A stretch of 63,952 nt of DNA, the filler included, from Octopus bimaculoides (lineage: Eukaryota), in NCBI RefSeq assembly GCF_001194135.2. It is 6 parts of 6 records of this genome, joined end to end, with 100 filler letters (N's around TTAATTAATTAA, not from the genome) between each part and the next. Parts side by side here need not be neighbours in the genome. Positions count along the whole stretch, not along the records: positions 1 to 13,991 come from NC_068982.1; 5 more parts are not named here. The stretch is one strand, 5' to 3'. Of the stretch, positions 1 through 14,091 are shown piece by piece. The notes under the pieces are model-generated. The model had not been told where the DNA came from. It was given only the letters and a program-made list of their open reading frames with translations, and did no database searches. A program made the translations under genes and the position numbers. How positions within the stretch are numbered: the stretch's first letter is position 1; each line of letters starts with the position of its first letter.

Positions 1-1064
1 CTTGACCATGATTCTATAAAACGTTTAAAATTTTGTAAACAGAGAGCTACTTACGTTTCTTGCATAAATAAAAGAAATTTTATTTAACAAATTGTGACAC
101 TAAGGACCGAGGTTACCGTGGTCTTCTCGTAGGTTTTTCTTTCCACGGATAACCTCTCCATTTATTGGGAATTTTCTGTATTATTTCGTATTTTTTGTAA
201 ATACCCCAAACGTTTTGCGATGTTTTTTTTCATCGTTGTCCCCACTTTTGTTTGTTTTTTTTCTGCTTTGTTTTCGCCTGCCCACCCCCCTCGAAAAGAA
301 AAACTCTACATTTGTATTTTGTCCCTTCTATGTTGAGCCCTGTGTGGCTAATAAAAAAACATATCTATCTATCTGTCTCTCTATCTATCTATCTATCTGT
401 CTGTCTTCTGTCTATCTATCTACAAATGTATATATTTATATCCATATGAATATAAATCCATGTATATATGTTTATACATACATATATATTTATGTATATG
501 TATATACATACATATATATATATATATATATACGCACACATACATTTATATACGTATATATAAGTATATATATATATGCATATATTTATACATGTGTGTG
601 TGAATATATATATGTATATATATATACATGCGCATGCGCGTGAGCACACACATTTACATGTATGCGCGCATATGAGTATATACTTCATACTCACAACAAA
701 GGAAAGACAAGAAAAGCGAAAGAAATACGACAAAACAAAGAACAAAAATTGGTGAAAAAAAAATGAAAAATGTTGACATGAAGAATAGTTGCGTTTTAGA
801 TCTAAATCAATTTAGTTATCGCTGTCCAACATAAAAGATAAAAATATATGAGTATATAAATCATAAACATATCATTTACAAAAAGGCGATCCATGAGATT
901 GATAAAATGCTATAGATACACACATCACATTCTTAGGGACATTTTATTCTTTCGGCTCATATTTACACGCATGGTATATGTAGAAATAGGTATACACGAC
1001 CGAAAGTATGTATAGTATGTTGTATATGTATTTAAAGTGGCAAAAAAATGTAAAATGTATGTAT

Positions 1065-1168
1065 GTATGTATGTATGTATGTATGCATACATGCATACAC
1101 ACACACACATACACACACATATATATACATACACATATATGTGTGTGTGTGTATGTACGTATATATGC

Positions 1169-1233
<65 letters not shown>

Positions 1234-1376
1234 TGTATGTATGCGTGTATGTATGTATATATACTAATACACATGCTTGTCGTTTATACACCTTCCTTCG
1301 TCTTTTGGTTTTCTGTAAATTTCAACTATATATATATAGACCCCCCCACACACACACACGCACGCACGCACACACA

Positions 1377-1443
<67 letters not shown>

Positions 1444-1765
1444 TGTATGTATGCAAGTATGTGTGTGTGTGTATACGTGTCTATATATTTATATGTATAT
1501 ATTTATATATACGTTTAAAATAGACTGTCTCTGGCCATAGTATAAAATACACGTGGCTATCAAGATACACGCGCACGCTTACACACACACACACACACAC
1601 ATATTAGCCACGTGTAGTGGACTAGTGGACTCTGAAGGCATATACAGATGTATACATATATACTTTCGGGTGCGTGTATCTATTTATACATACATATATA
1701 TATATATACATACATACAATCGTGTGTGCGTACCTATTTATAGATATGCATAAATATACATACAT

Positions 1766-1796
<31 letters not shown>

Positions 1797-1809
1797 CACA
1801 CACACACAC

Positions 1810-1860
<51 letters not shown>
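1065..1860. repeat. Compound (TA)n/(TG)n/(CA)n/(TATG)n microsatellites (representative of dozens in the window)
   Basis: Directly visible simple repeats; source of the YI/CV/HT-rich spurious ORFs. Confidence 0.95.
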
Positions 1861-1863
<3 letters not shown>

Positions 1864-4800
1864 CAAAATGATGTGTTATAATATTATTCCACAACCATAC
1901 CAACAATCCAACATACCTCCATCATCAGCTGCCCCACGGATATCATTATGGTTTCGACACCTGAGCAGTACCATTCAATCCGGCGGTGTCAACAACACTA
2001 AAATAAGTGTTGTTTGGGAACAAACAAACCAAAGAAACCACAACTTTCAAACACATTTACCCTATGTACAACCGTTTCGATAAATAAATTCAATAAGTAA
2101 ATTACAACTATTCCTAAATACGTGACTAAACAGCGACAACTCTATTAAGTCATACAAAAATTATAATCCCTACCGTCTTCCGTAGTATAATATAAAAGTA
2201 AAAGCTTAATAACCACATTATTTCAATCAATCAATATAAAGGCAGGATTAAACAGTAACTTTAATAAAACTACAACAAAGAGACATATAAAACAATGTAC
2301 ATTGTATCGGTATTAATAGTAAACTGCAATAACTAAATTATATGCTAAATGGCGACTTCTATAGGTACTACTATAATGAAAGTTAGAGCCTTATAAAAAT
2401 CTCTTCAAACAAAACACGATTGAAACTAATATTTTTATGAGTGAAATACATTATTTCATCATTCAAAAGTTAATAATAAAACACTACATGCTCATTAATA
2501 TATCACCACTGCAAGTTATTATATAATATTACCAGTAACTAATACAACATTAAATTTCATTAAATAGGAATTAATAAAAGTACTTGTAATTATCTATTAT
2601 TATAAACCTTGTTATGTTTAAAGCTAATTAAACTGTTTAAAAGATAATAAAACTACAAGCATTAACACTTACATGTTTAATCAGACACGCAGTTCCCTCA
2701 CCAAGAATTTAAAGAGCCAACTAAATATTGATGATGTAGTGCGAAATTACTACTTTCTCAATTGTCTCAATATTTGTGACATAATTCCTTACAGATATTT
2801 GCGACGTAAATATTGGTGACGTAAATCCTTACAAATCCTTACAAATATTTGCTAAACTGAAGACTAGATATTACTCCATATTTATTTAAAATTTCAAGTT
2901 TCCCACCTAAACAAATACATGGCGGTAGAGACCGTGGATTAAGGTGTCGAAATCATGAAGATATCAAATTGTCAGCTGATGAAGGGAATTCTTTTGTTAT
3001 TCCGTCTCCGATCAATGTCTCTGGTCGTTGTCACTGTCCTGTTTGATTTGTTTCATGCATCGAGCATTCTGCAGGGTCTTTATTATTATTATTATTATTA
3101 TTTTTATTGTTCATTGATATAATATGAATTATGGGTTAGTCAGGAGATATTTGCAACGTAAGAAATATTTTCGTGTTATAAAGGAAGCAAATGACTGATT
3201 TCACATCATCTGACAAGCCTATAAACTAGCAAGGTTTAACATTTTTATCTGTAATTCCAAAGAGATTTCTTTATCTTCTTACAGACTGTTAGTTTTTTCA
3301 GTAGAGTCCTACACAGAAACAAACCACGATCGGAACTCGCCGATACAAACGTTAAGTGAAATGTAATTGCTCGACCAAGAATTGAGCCTGCGTTGCAACA
3401 TCAACTTGCTGGGCACTTGTGAACATTCAACTTTGTTTCTAGCGAGTCAACATGGAGTCTTTATGTATTCGCTCGACCTGCTAGAAATAGCAACCAAATC
3501 TCCCTCTCAAATTCTATATTACTGCCTTGAAAAGAATGGGGGAATATTATATAACGTAGTCCTAGATGCACATCACCCTAGGAAAGGACGGGTTAGACAT
3601 GACTGGAACGCTTTTGATCGTAGGTCTACGTTTTCTTGTCTGACCTGGAATAAACAGCAATTATAACCATTCATGTAAAACTGCTCTGCTAACAGATATG
3701 TTCTTCATGAATATTATTATACATTAGGACATTTCTATGTAATGTATATCTTTTTATTTTTCAATTATAACAGTCAATGGACTGTGGTCACGCTGGGACA
3801 CTGCCTTGAAGGGTTTTAGTCAAACAGATCGACCCCAGTATTCATTTTTTAAGTCTCTTTTCTTGAATCTCTAAGTTATGGAGACATAAACCGACAAGTA
3901 GTAGTGGGTGGAAGAAACACAGGCACAAAGACACGCGCACACATATACGTATATATTAACATATATTATTATATATAATGAAGTTCCACTCAGTTTCTAT
4001 TTCCCAAATTCACTTACCAGTCGGCGCTATTGTGGAAAACACTTACCCAGGATTGAGCCTGAGCTCGTTAACCACATAGCCTGTCTGCGATGACTGTGGT
4101 CAACGAACTCGGAAAACGCTGGGAAAGTTTAAGGGTTGGGCATGAAAATTTTAGTAATCCTAAGCAGGTACTATTGTATAGTTGTTTATTCAAATCTCGT
4201 ATGTTTATTATCCATTTTGTAATCCATTCAACCAAACTATAATATAAAGCAGAAGACACTAGCGATTAGATATAGAATCAAATGTACGATGAATCGAAAA
4301 CGGTTTGGAAATCTAAAACAATCAAAAGAATCACACCCCATTTCAAGATTTGTTTATAGATATGGTTCCTTCTGACTATATATATATATCTGACTCAACG
4401 GTACTTGTTTGCAGGTTAATAAGCTGGAACCAGTAATAATTTAATGTTTTGACAAGCACAAAACATTATCGTTGAGAAAACATGAACTGTTGAATATGAT
4501 GTAAGACGTCTAGCCTCCTACTGACTCAGCCAGATCGCAGAAAGGACGTTAGTTCTTTAGTTTGGTTTAACTTGCTATAAGAAATTGAGTTCTATAGTTT
4601 GGTTTAGTTATCACAGTTCAGGCAATTCTGAAGTATAGCCTTTTAATATATTTTATTTTGCTTATATGAGCACCTATTAGTAAAAAGAAGGCGAAGCAAA
4701 CATTGGAGTGAATAATCATTCATTTTAACTGTACGATACATCAAATCTCTCAAGAAGCTGCGTGGTATTTGTGAGTATAAGTTCAGTGCAATGGAAATAT

Positions 4801-5154
4801 TTACGTGTCGTGGATATAATTGCTCCAAAGCATGTGTTTAGAAACGTATAATTAAAAATGAACGTAGACGTACAAGAACGACGCCATTAGACAATAACAA
4901 CAAGTACAACAATAGCAACGACAACAACGGGGAGGACGATGACGTTAAAACAAAACCCGGGAAAGTAATAATGTTTTCTGCAATATATGCAAACTGCACT
5001 TTGTGACTATATAAGGGTATTAACATATTTATGTTGGGTGCCTGCAATTGCCTTGTTTAGTATAATCTAACGCGATTTATACGTGAGTGTATGTATATGT
5101 GTGTGTATGTGCGTACGCGCATGTGTGCGTATATACATATATAAATAGATACAT

Positions 5155-5186
<32 letters not shown>

Positions 5187-5196
5187 NNNNNNNNNN

Positions 5197-5238
<42 letters not shown>

Positions 5239-5306
5239 GTAAATATGTAGATAGATATATATTTACATAAATAGATACATAGATAGATACATAGATAGAT
5301 AGATAC

Positions 5307-5390
<84 letters not shown>

Positions 5391-5791
5391 GCACATACTT
5401 ACGTGTGTATGTATCTACTAAGTTCTTTTTAATGTATTTATGAACTATCTTCTAATGCAATGAGATGGTGCCACAGCACACACTCTTACTGTTGATATTT
5501 AATTCTAATATATAGCTTAGTTTCTAGTTAACCCTGGCAAGAAAGAAATTGCGCCAGTCGGGTAAATAGAGTCGGAGTGAAAGACTTCATACGTTACTAT
5601 AAATTTACTTCCGTAAAAAATTCTGCATCGAGTAATGGTTCAATTGATTCCTAATTTCAGAACTAACTTAAACAAAACTGACAGCGTCGTGGTCTGATCT
5701 TTAGTAATATAAACATACACTCAGTCACACACAAATGTATAATATTTGCATGTATGTATGTTATCAACACATATATACATAGACGCGCGTG

Positions 5792-5827
<36 letters not shown>

Positions 5828-5837
5828 NNNNNNNNNN

Positions 5838-5869
<32 letters not shown>

Positions 5870-7383
5870 ACACACACATATATATATGTGCCTGGAATAT
5901 ATAGTACCATTTTAATACTTGTTTTACAAGTGTTTCATTACAATATGGGAAATATATAATATTTGTATATAAACATTAGTATTAATAATAATAATGTAAA
6001 TATAATAAATCCATAATATTGTTTTGAATCTGTGCTTGAAGTTGTACAGATTTACACGTGTGTATTATGAATTTATTATATTTATATCATCATTGATATT
6101 TTGAGCTGAGTGGGGGTGCTAGATTCCTTTGTTCGAAAATATAAGGATACAGATCGTGTCGTATATCCAGCTGGAGACGATGTCTCTTGGGGCTAAATTA
6201 CAGCAACATTAATCCTAAACCAGGACTGCTATGTTATGTTGGCAAACAATCTTTAATATACGTATATGTCTGTTAATAAATGTATTTATGAATATGTATG
6301 AATATATATATATGTCTATATCAATACGTGCATATGTGAGCGAATGTTGCATAAAATGAATGTATCTATAAATGTGTGTGCGTGTATGTATGAGTGTGCA
6401 TTTATGTATACACTCATGTATACATATGTCTGTGTGAGTGTGTGCCTGTATGGAGATGAATATGTATGAATACGATTATGCATGCATATACACATTTGTC
6501 TTGATGTATATATTCGTATGTTATATGTATCTATAAGTATGTGTGTGTGCGCGCGTCTGTGAGTGTTCGTGCGCGTGTGTACGTGTGCTTGTGGTTTTTC
6601 TGAGTGCATGTGCTTGTAGGAGGTTCCTTAATATACACACGCTAACTTTGAAAATACATATACTATAAGCTTGATGAACAACATAATCGTCCTTCATTTG
6701 ATCAAGTCTGGTTCCCGTCTAGAGTGTAAACCAGTTAATCAAATCAACAAAGGATATTTTATAACCTTTGCAAGTTTTTCCACCATGAAAATGAACAAGA
6801 CGCGTTAAATTATATTCTTTTCTCGAGCCATAGGTGGAACAGGTCAAACGTATACATCTACAAATATGTCTGCTCGCACATTTACACAGACGTATTCGCA
6901 ACCGTATAAAATGTCACCTATTTGAACATTTCCGAAATTCTTTCGGAATAACGACACTCCGCTCTTACTTGCTTCTTTTACTTTATCTTTTTTTCTAAGC
7001 CTCTATAATTTTTTTACTCCGATGTTCTATTCTATGTTTCTTCTTTTTCCTTGTTTTTCTATAATCTTTTTCTTCATTTTCTTACTGATCTTAATATATT
7101 TTCATCCTTTTGGGTTCTCGCAATTTTTATTTTATTGTTTTCTTTCTTATACTTCATTTTGTTTTGCCCTTCCGTTTCCCTACGCATTTTTACTTAAATA
7201 CATGTATAAACAATTATCCTGCCAATATTCTTTCCTTAGTCACTTGATCGGAACTAATGTATGGATATCTATATAAGTGACAACGCTAGTCAAATGAAGA
7301 CCTCGATAAGAGACCTTAAGAAACGATTCATGGAGACGCAGCTTTGAATAAATAATATTATTCCAATCTATATAACATTATTA

Positions 7384-7790
7384 GGCACAGGAGTGGCTGT
7401 GTGGTAAGTAGCCTGCTTACCAACCACATGGTTCCGGGTTCATTACCCCGGCGTGGCACCTTAGGCAAGTGTCTTCTACTATAGCCTCGGGCCGACCAAA
7501 GCCTTGTGAGTGGATTTGGTAGACGGAAACTGAAAGAAGCCCGTCGTATATATGTATATATATATATGTATGTGTGTGTATATGTTTGTGTGTCTGTGTT
7601 TGTCACGCCAACATCACTTGACAACCGATGCTGGTGTGTTTATGTCCCTGTAACTTAGCGGTTCGGCAAAAGAGACTGATAGAATAAGTACTAGGCATCC
7701 AGAGAATAAGTCCTGGGGTCGATTTGCTCGACTAAAGGCGGTGCTCCAGCATGGCCGCAGTCAAATGACTGAAACAAGTAAAAGAGTAAA
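7384..7790 (+). mobile_element. tRNA-derived SINE, family A (head + internal TA/TG microsatellite + tail)
   Basis: A-box-like TGGCTGTGTGG and B-box-like GGTTCA...CC. Homologous copies at ~12240-12600 (+), ~59905-60398 (+), ~30505-30660 (-), ~21480-21660 (-). Confidence 0.75.
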
Positions 7791-8994
7791 AGAGATAGGT
7801 AAGTAGATAGATAGGTACATAGGTAATACGGACAGAGAACGAGACACACACACACACACACACACGCTCGCACGCAAAAGGAGATAGAAACACATGACCA
7901 TATACACACACAAAGACATATGGAGACACACATCAATACATAATAGACGCACGTACATAGTCACACAAACCCATACACATAGACACTTAAACACGCACAC
8001 ACAAGGAGACAGAGGTACACATACACATACACACCCATACACACACAAACACACATACACACAAATGCACACACACACATACAAACACAAACATGCACAT
8101 ACAAACACATGAATATGCAGAATGCATACATACAAACGTACGCACACGCATACATATATATATGCATACACACACACACACATACATACATACATACATA
8201 CATACATATGTGTATACACATGCACGCTGACGCACACACAAGCACACACATGCACAAAAACAAAGAAACAAAAAGAATGCAGCTCTGATAACGGACAGAG
8301 CCAACAACTATTGGAGAGGCTGCAAGAAGCAACGAAAATTTTAGAAAAAAATAAATAAATAAGTAAATGAGTGGAAATCGAATCGGTCAGTGTGTTAATT
8401 AATACGGCATTAAAACAGGCTGACTCTTTCCAGGCACAACAAAATATTCTTCAACACACGAATTCACATAAAGAATCTTGTAAACCAAATACAAAAAAAA
8501 ATCATTCATAAAGAATCTCTAAAAGAGACAAAAGCGCTAAATAAATAGTTTTTATCCAAATTCTGACTACTTCCCTCTCTCTCTCTCTCTCTCTCTCTTC
8601 CTCTCTCTCTCTCGTCCTCTCTCTCTCTCGTCGTCTCTCTTCCTCTCTCTCTCTCTCATATACATATATATATATTTATATGTCTTATTTCTTTATTGCC
8701 CTCAAGGGGCTAAACATAGAGGGGACAAACAAGGACAGACAAACGGATTAAGTCGATTACATCGACCCCCAGTGCGTAACTGGTACNNNNNNNNNNNNNN
8801 NNNNNNNNNNNNNNNNNNNNNNNNNNNNNNNNNNNNNNNNNNNNNNNNNNNNNNNNNNNNNNNNNNNNNNNNNNNNNNNNNNNNNNNNNNNNNNNNNNNN
8901 NNNNNNNNNNNNNNNNNNNNNNNNNNNNNNNNNNNNNNNNNNNNNNNNNNNNNNNNNNNNNNNNNNNNNNNTGTGTGTGTGTGTGCGTGCGTGC

Positions 8995-9027
<33 letters not shown>

Positions 9028-10417
9028 TGTGTGTGTGTGTCTGTTTGTGTACATGTACGTGTATGCATGTGTGAGGCCTTGTTGAGTGATTATGAAACGC
9101 ATGCATGAGATGGAGGGAAGTACAGAACAATCGTGGCAGAGATAATACTAATACTAATAATCATGATATAAATAAAAATGAAAACAAAAAGAATAAGAGA
9201 AATGAAATATGCGCATTTTTTCTTTATTTCTTAATTTCAAATTCAAATTTCTAATCTCATCAAATATTATGAAAAAATGATTGTCTCTCTTGTAATAAAT
9301 GTCTTTTAAGCGGCAACGCGTATTTGAAAAATTCTAGCTTTGATTAGAAACAGTGCTATTAAACCATTGACGATCGTCAAGGCATTATGTTTACAAAAAG
9401 ATGCCTCTTCCATTACGCAACGAGGGATTACTATTATGGAATAGCAGCTTGAAACCAATATCTATACCTCGAAAAATATATCGAAAATGGCTCGTGAATT
9501 TTGTTAACAGTTTAAACTAAAATATTGGCTACTCTAAGAGACTGTCACAAGGTAGAACTCCCTGAAAATGGTTATCCTATATGTAGACACTTTTCTCTCG
9601 CTTGCTAAACTACTATTGCTCTATGAAGAAAATGACAAAAAAAAAGGGGGGGGGGAAACATTCCTTGAACTCCTTCCAGACTTAAGTCATTTTCCATCGA
9701 TAAGAAATATCACTCCTTATAAAATGCTTAAATGGTATATCTCAGGTTATATCATGTTGGCAATTTCTAAAAAAAAATGAAATAGTACGACCATTAAAAA
9801 AAATAAGAAGAAGAAAAAAAGATAAGAAAAAAGCGTCTATCCTATGCATCCTTTTCCTTATTTCAATTTTCTAATCCTGCCAAATATTATAAAGAAATGA
9901 TTATCTCCCCTTTATCAACTGCCCGATAGGGGTCAACGTGAATTTAAGATGAAATACTATTTGGAAAGAAGAAGATATTTGTAAGATAGGGGTATTAGAA
10001 GCGAGAGAAGAACTATTAAAATATAAGAGATAAAAATAGAAAAACTCCTTAGTGGTAAATGAAGAGTAGAATGGCACTAGTAAGGGAAAGAGATGGTAGG
10101 GTAGGAGTGCGTGTTAAAGGTTAAAACTTGAAAGGAATTTAAAAGGGTGTTATAAGTTAGATCACATAGGAAAGTGGGGGGCGCGGTGTAGCGAGGTTGT
10201 GACTTGGAAGTAGTGTAGTTTGTAAAAGAAGGAATGAAATAGAGATGGAAATTAAGGAGAGGGGGCGGGGAGAGAAGAGCTAGTGAGGAGAAAAAGAAAA
10301 GGAAGAAAGAAAAATAGATTAAGATAAGGAAGTAAGATAAGAGAGAGTATTTCAAGTATAAAATTTCTGGTATTTAGCATATGACAATAAAGCAAATAAA
10401 GATATAAGCAAAATAGA

Positions 10418-10856
10418 TATTCTTTTCTTTTCTTCTCTAGGCACAAGGCCCGAAATTTGGGTGGAGGGGGCTAGTCTATTAGATCTACCCCAGTACGCAA
10501 CTGGTACTTAATTTATCGACCCCGAAAGGATGAAAGGCAAAGTCGACCTCGACGGAATTTGAACTCAGAACGTAAAGACAGATGAAATACCGCTAAGCAT
10601 TTCGCCCAGCGTCCTAACGTTTCTTATTTCTTTATTGCCCACAAGGAGCTAAACACAGAGGGGACAAACAAGGACAGACAAAAGGATCAAGTCGATTACA
10701 TCGACTCCAGTGCGTAACTGGTACTTAATTTATCGACCCCGAAAGGATGAAGGGCAAAGTCGACCTCGGCGGAATTTGAACTCAGAACGTAACGACAGAC
10801 GAAATACCGCTAAGCATTTCGCCCGGCGTGCTAACGTTTCTGCCAACTCGCCACCT
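10418..10856 (-). mobile_element. Dimeric tRNA-derived SINE, family B, flanked by 13-bp TSD
   Basis: Two head/body units with B-box GAGTTCAAATTCC and different tails; TAAG(C/T)AAAATAGA at 10405-10417 and 10857-10869. Monomers or fragments at ~8690-8786, 36705-36890, 51650-51845, 60745-60955, 61085-61300. Confidence 0.75.
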
Positions 10857-11849
10857 TAAGTAAAATAGACATTAAGAGAGATTCGTTGTTTTGGGTCTTT
10901 AGGGATGATTTAAGAAGCTGTGGGAAGAATATTTATTGATAAAAAAAGTCTATTACGTAGAAGTCGACAGTGGATGGATAAAAAGGAGGGAGAGGGGTTG
11001 ACGACTGGTTAAGAGTCGCTATTAAAGATGAAAGAATTCAGGAAGTTGAAAAAAGTAGAAGGTATGAGAAGTGCGATTAGGAAAGTCAAGTCATGTAAGC
11101 TGCTTGTTATGAAAGTGAGAGTGCGGGTGAGGTTTTGCTGGACTGTGTAGTTGTTTATGGAGAAGTTGAATGAATAAAACGGTGAGATGACAAAGAAGAA
11201 CGGAAGACGAAGAGAATTGAAGAATATAAGAAGGTAAGGAAGTATTAGGATAATGATATTGGAGATTAAAGTAAAAAAAGGAACGTGGAAAAGTAAGGAA
11301 TAAAAAGAAAAATAGAATAAGTACAATAGATAAAACGGAAAGGGAGGCCTTAACTGTAGAGATAAACTACAGATGGTGAGACGGAAGAAGGCTTCTGGGA
11401 GATAAAAGAAAGTGAGCTTGTGGAAATTTAATATTTTCAAGTATAAAAAATATAAATATGAATAAACAAGAAAGAGGCTGGTATAAAGAAGAATAAGAAC
11501 TAGGCGCAAAGATAATCTGGTTGGTATGATTTGCAATGAATAAGTGAAGAAAATTAAAAATGATTATACTGTAATAGTGTAAAAAATATGATTGTGTCCA
11601 GCCATGTTGTTTGTAGTAACTCTCTGCATGCTAACTTCAAGTTTCAGTCGAAAATCACTACGATCGTGAATAAAAAGCTTCCTCAGTTAATTCATCTGAA
11701 GATTAACCAGTTATTTAACAAGGCTGATAGTTGTGGCTCCAAAGCTGGAGATAGTATTCATCGTATTTTCGATAAATAGTCTCCCACGCCAAATATGCGA
11801 CTTGTCGCTTCGAATGTTATGTATGTATGTATGTATGTATGTGTCAAGT

Positions 11850-12180
11850 TCTCAATAAAGATCTGTGATATACAGGAAACTGACTGGGAGAGTAGTGCCT
11901 GCCATCGCCACAGATGGAGGAAGCAGGTTAAGGAGGGGTCGACACTTTTGAGAGTGCACGTATTCTGCATGAAGAACTTAAGCGTGCTGCTCGAAAACGC
12001 ACTACTGGTGTAGTGAATGGGGAAAGCTTGATTTGCAATGTTTGCAGTCATGTATGCTTGTCAAGAGCAGGGCTTGTTAGCCAGTAACGGAGCCGCAAAT
12101 GCAACATATAAGTTAGTCCTAGAGCGCACAATGTTCCTGAAGGTCAGCAATGGTCTTCCTCGATCACGAGTGGACGGCCA
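11850..12180 (+). mobile_element. RTE (BovB-like) LINE 3' end remnant
   Basis: Frameshifted translation ...DWESSACHRHRWR...LICNVCSHVCLSRAGLVS matches the C-terminal CxxC..SxxGLxSH finger typical of RTE-BovB. Confidence 0.65.
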
Positions 12181-13799
12181 TCATATATGTATGTATGTAT
12201 GTATGTATGGATGGATGGATGGATGGATGGATGTATACAAGTAAATAGGCTCCAGTAACACTACGTGGTACCATGGGCAGGCGTCTTTTCCGACAACCCT
12301 GGGTCGACCCCAAAACTTGTGAATGGATTTGGTAGACAGAAAACTGAGAGAAACCCGTCATATATCTATGTATATATCTATATGTGTGTGAGTGTGCTTG
12401 CGTTTGTCTACCCCCCCCCCCACCACCACTTGACAATGTTGGTTTGTTTATATCTCCGTAGCTTAGCGGTTCGGTGAAAAGAGATGGAATAAGTATCAGA
12501 CTTTAGAAAAAATACCGGGGTCGATTTGTTCGACTAAACCCTTCATGGCGGTGCCCCAGCATGGCTGCAGTTTAATGAGTGAAACAAGTAAAAAAAGATA
12601 AAAGGTATATGCATGTCTCCTATATTTTAATTATCATAAATCTTCCACTGAAGAGGGAGCCGGTTTCCAACAAAGATACAAGGAGATAGTTATATCTGCA
12701 GGGCAGCTGACCTCTATGATGGTACATAGCTCTGCCGCTCTGTCTCAAATAACAATATCCGGCCTGTTATGCTTACATTTGACAGAAGTTTTGATAGGAA
12801 TACTCCACGTACGTACGTATGTATGTATGTATGTATGTATGTATGTATGTATGTATGTATGTATGTATGTATGCGCGTCCAATAACACTATCCGTATCAC
12901 GTCCTCACTTTGTTGTTTTTTGTTATTGTTTTTTTTTGTTTTTTTAACTATATATATATATATACATATATATNNNNNNNNNNNNNNNNNNNNNNNNNNN
13001 NNNNNNNNNNNNNNNNNNNNNNNNNNNNNNNNNNNNNNNNNNNNNNNNNNNNNNNNNNNNNNNNNNNNNNNNNNNNNNNNNNNNNNNNNNNNNNNNNNNN
13101 NNNNNNNNNNNNNNNNNNNNNNNNNNNNNNNNNNNNNNNNNNNNNNNNNNNNNNNNNNNNNNNNNNNNNNNNNNNNNNNNNNNNNNNNNNNNNNNNNNNN
13201 NNNNNNNNNNNNNNNNNNNNNNNNNNNNNNNNNNNNNNNNNNNNNNNNNNNNNNNNNNNNNNNNNNNNNNNNNNNNNNNNNNNNNNNNNNNNNNNNNNNN
13301 NNNNNNNNNNNNNNNNNNNNTGTATACAAAGATGTGCGTGTTAACATACATATACATACACACATATATGTATGTCTATTATATATAGTCATGCATTTGC
13401 GCGCGCGCGCATATATCTATTCATATGCATTTGTTCATATGTATGTGTTCTACTCGTGCCCATGCACCCGCCATATTACATACATTAGGTGTCTGAAGGA
13501 AATTAAACATAAATCATAGTAGTAGCTCATGAAATTAATTTAATTAAAAGACCACTGTGCAGTGAAGTGATCTAAAGATTGTTAGAAAACAAGTTCTGCA
13601 CTTTCGTACGTACGGTTGGGAGATAATAAATAAAGGGAATAATATGGTTGTCTTTCAGGCGGGATACGGATACACTTTAATGCAAGGGACAGCTATTACT
13701 GAAAATAAATGGAATATGAGAGTTTACTGCCATAAGAGACTTGAGGCTATCTGCAACTACCATCACGACTCCCATCACCTCTATCACTTCCACCATTAA

Positions 13800-13866
13800 T
13801 ACCAGCACCACCAGCACCAGCACCAGCACCAGCACCATCACCATCACCATCACCACCACCACCACC

Positions 13867-13898
<32 letters not shown>

Positions 13899-13991
13899 AA
13901 CTACAGTCGCCGCCGCCGCCGCCACCTCTGCCGCTGTCGCCGGCACCAGCTGCCCGTCGCCACAATTACTTCCAGCACCACTATCATCAGC
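13800..13991. repeat. Compound trinucleotide repeat (CAC/CAG/CAT/TAC/GCC)
   Basis: Directly visible; explains the Thr/Val/Gly-rich ORFs. Confidence 0.9.
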
Positions 13992-14091
13992 NNNNNNNNN
14001 NNNNNNNNNNNNNNNNNNNNNNNNNNNNNNNNNNNTTAATTAATTAANNNNNNNNNNNNNNNNNNNNNNNNNNNNNNNNNNNNNNNNNNNN
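13992..14091. other. Artificial scaffold linker N44-TTAATTAATTAA-N44
   Basis: Exact 100-nt structure; the 12-mer gives stop codons in all six frames; repeated five times in the window. Confidence 0.9.

Noticed and set aside
55-175. Minus-strand segment with CAG acceptor and strong GTAAGT donor
   Set aside because: All three frames contain stops and there is no recognisable homology; at most a non-coding exon.
215-1906. Many 60-350 aa ORFs rich in YI, CV, HT, here and throughout the window
   Set aside because: They are translations of TA/TG/CA microsatellites or run through N gaps; there is no coding signal.
6097-6144. YFELSGGAR resembles the dynamin ELSGGARI motif
   Set aside because: Stops occur 2 codons before and 7 codons after the motif, with no other dynamin similarity; chance match.
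12886-12950. Sequence nearly identical to the reverse complement of 47281-47337
   Set aside because: Best explained as the end of an interspersed repeat next to TA microsatellites, not a specific long-range inversion.
13741-14043. Thr/Ala-rich mucin-like ORF
   Set aside because: Compound trinucleotide repeat ending at a linker; no splice or homology support.
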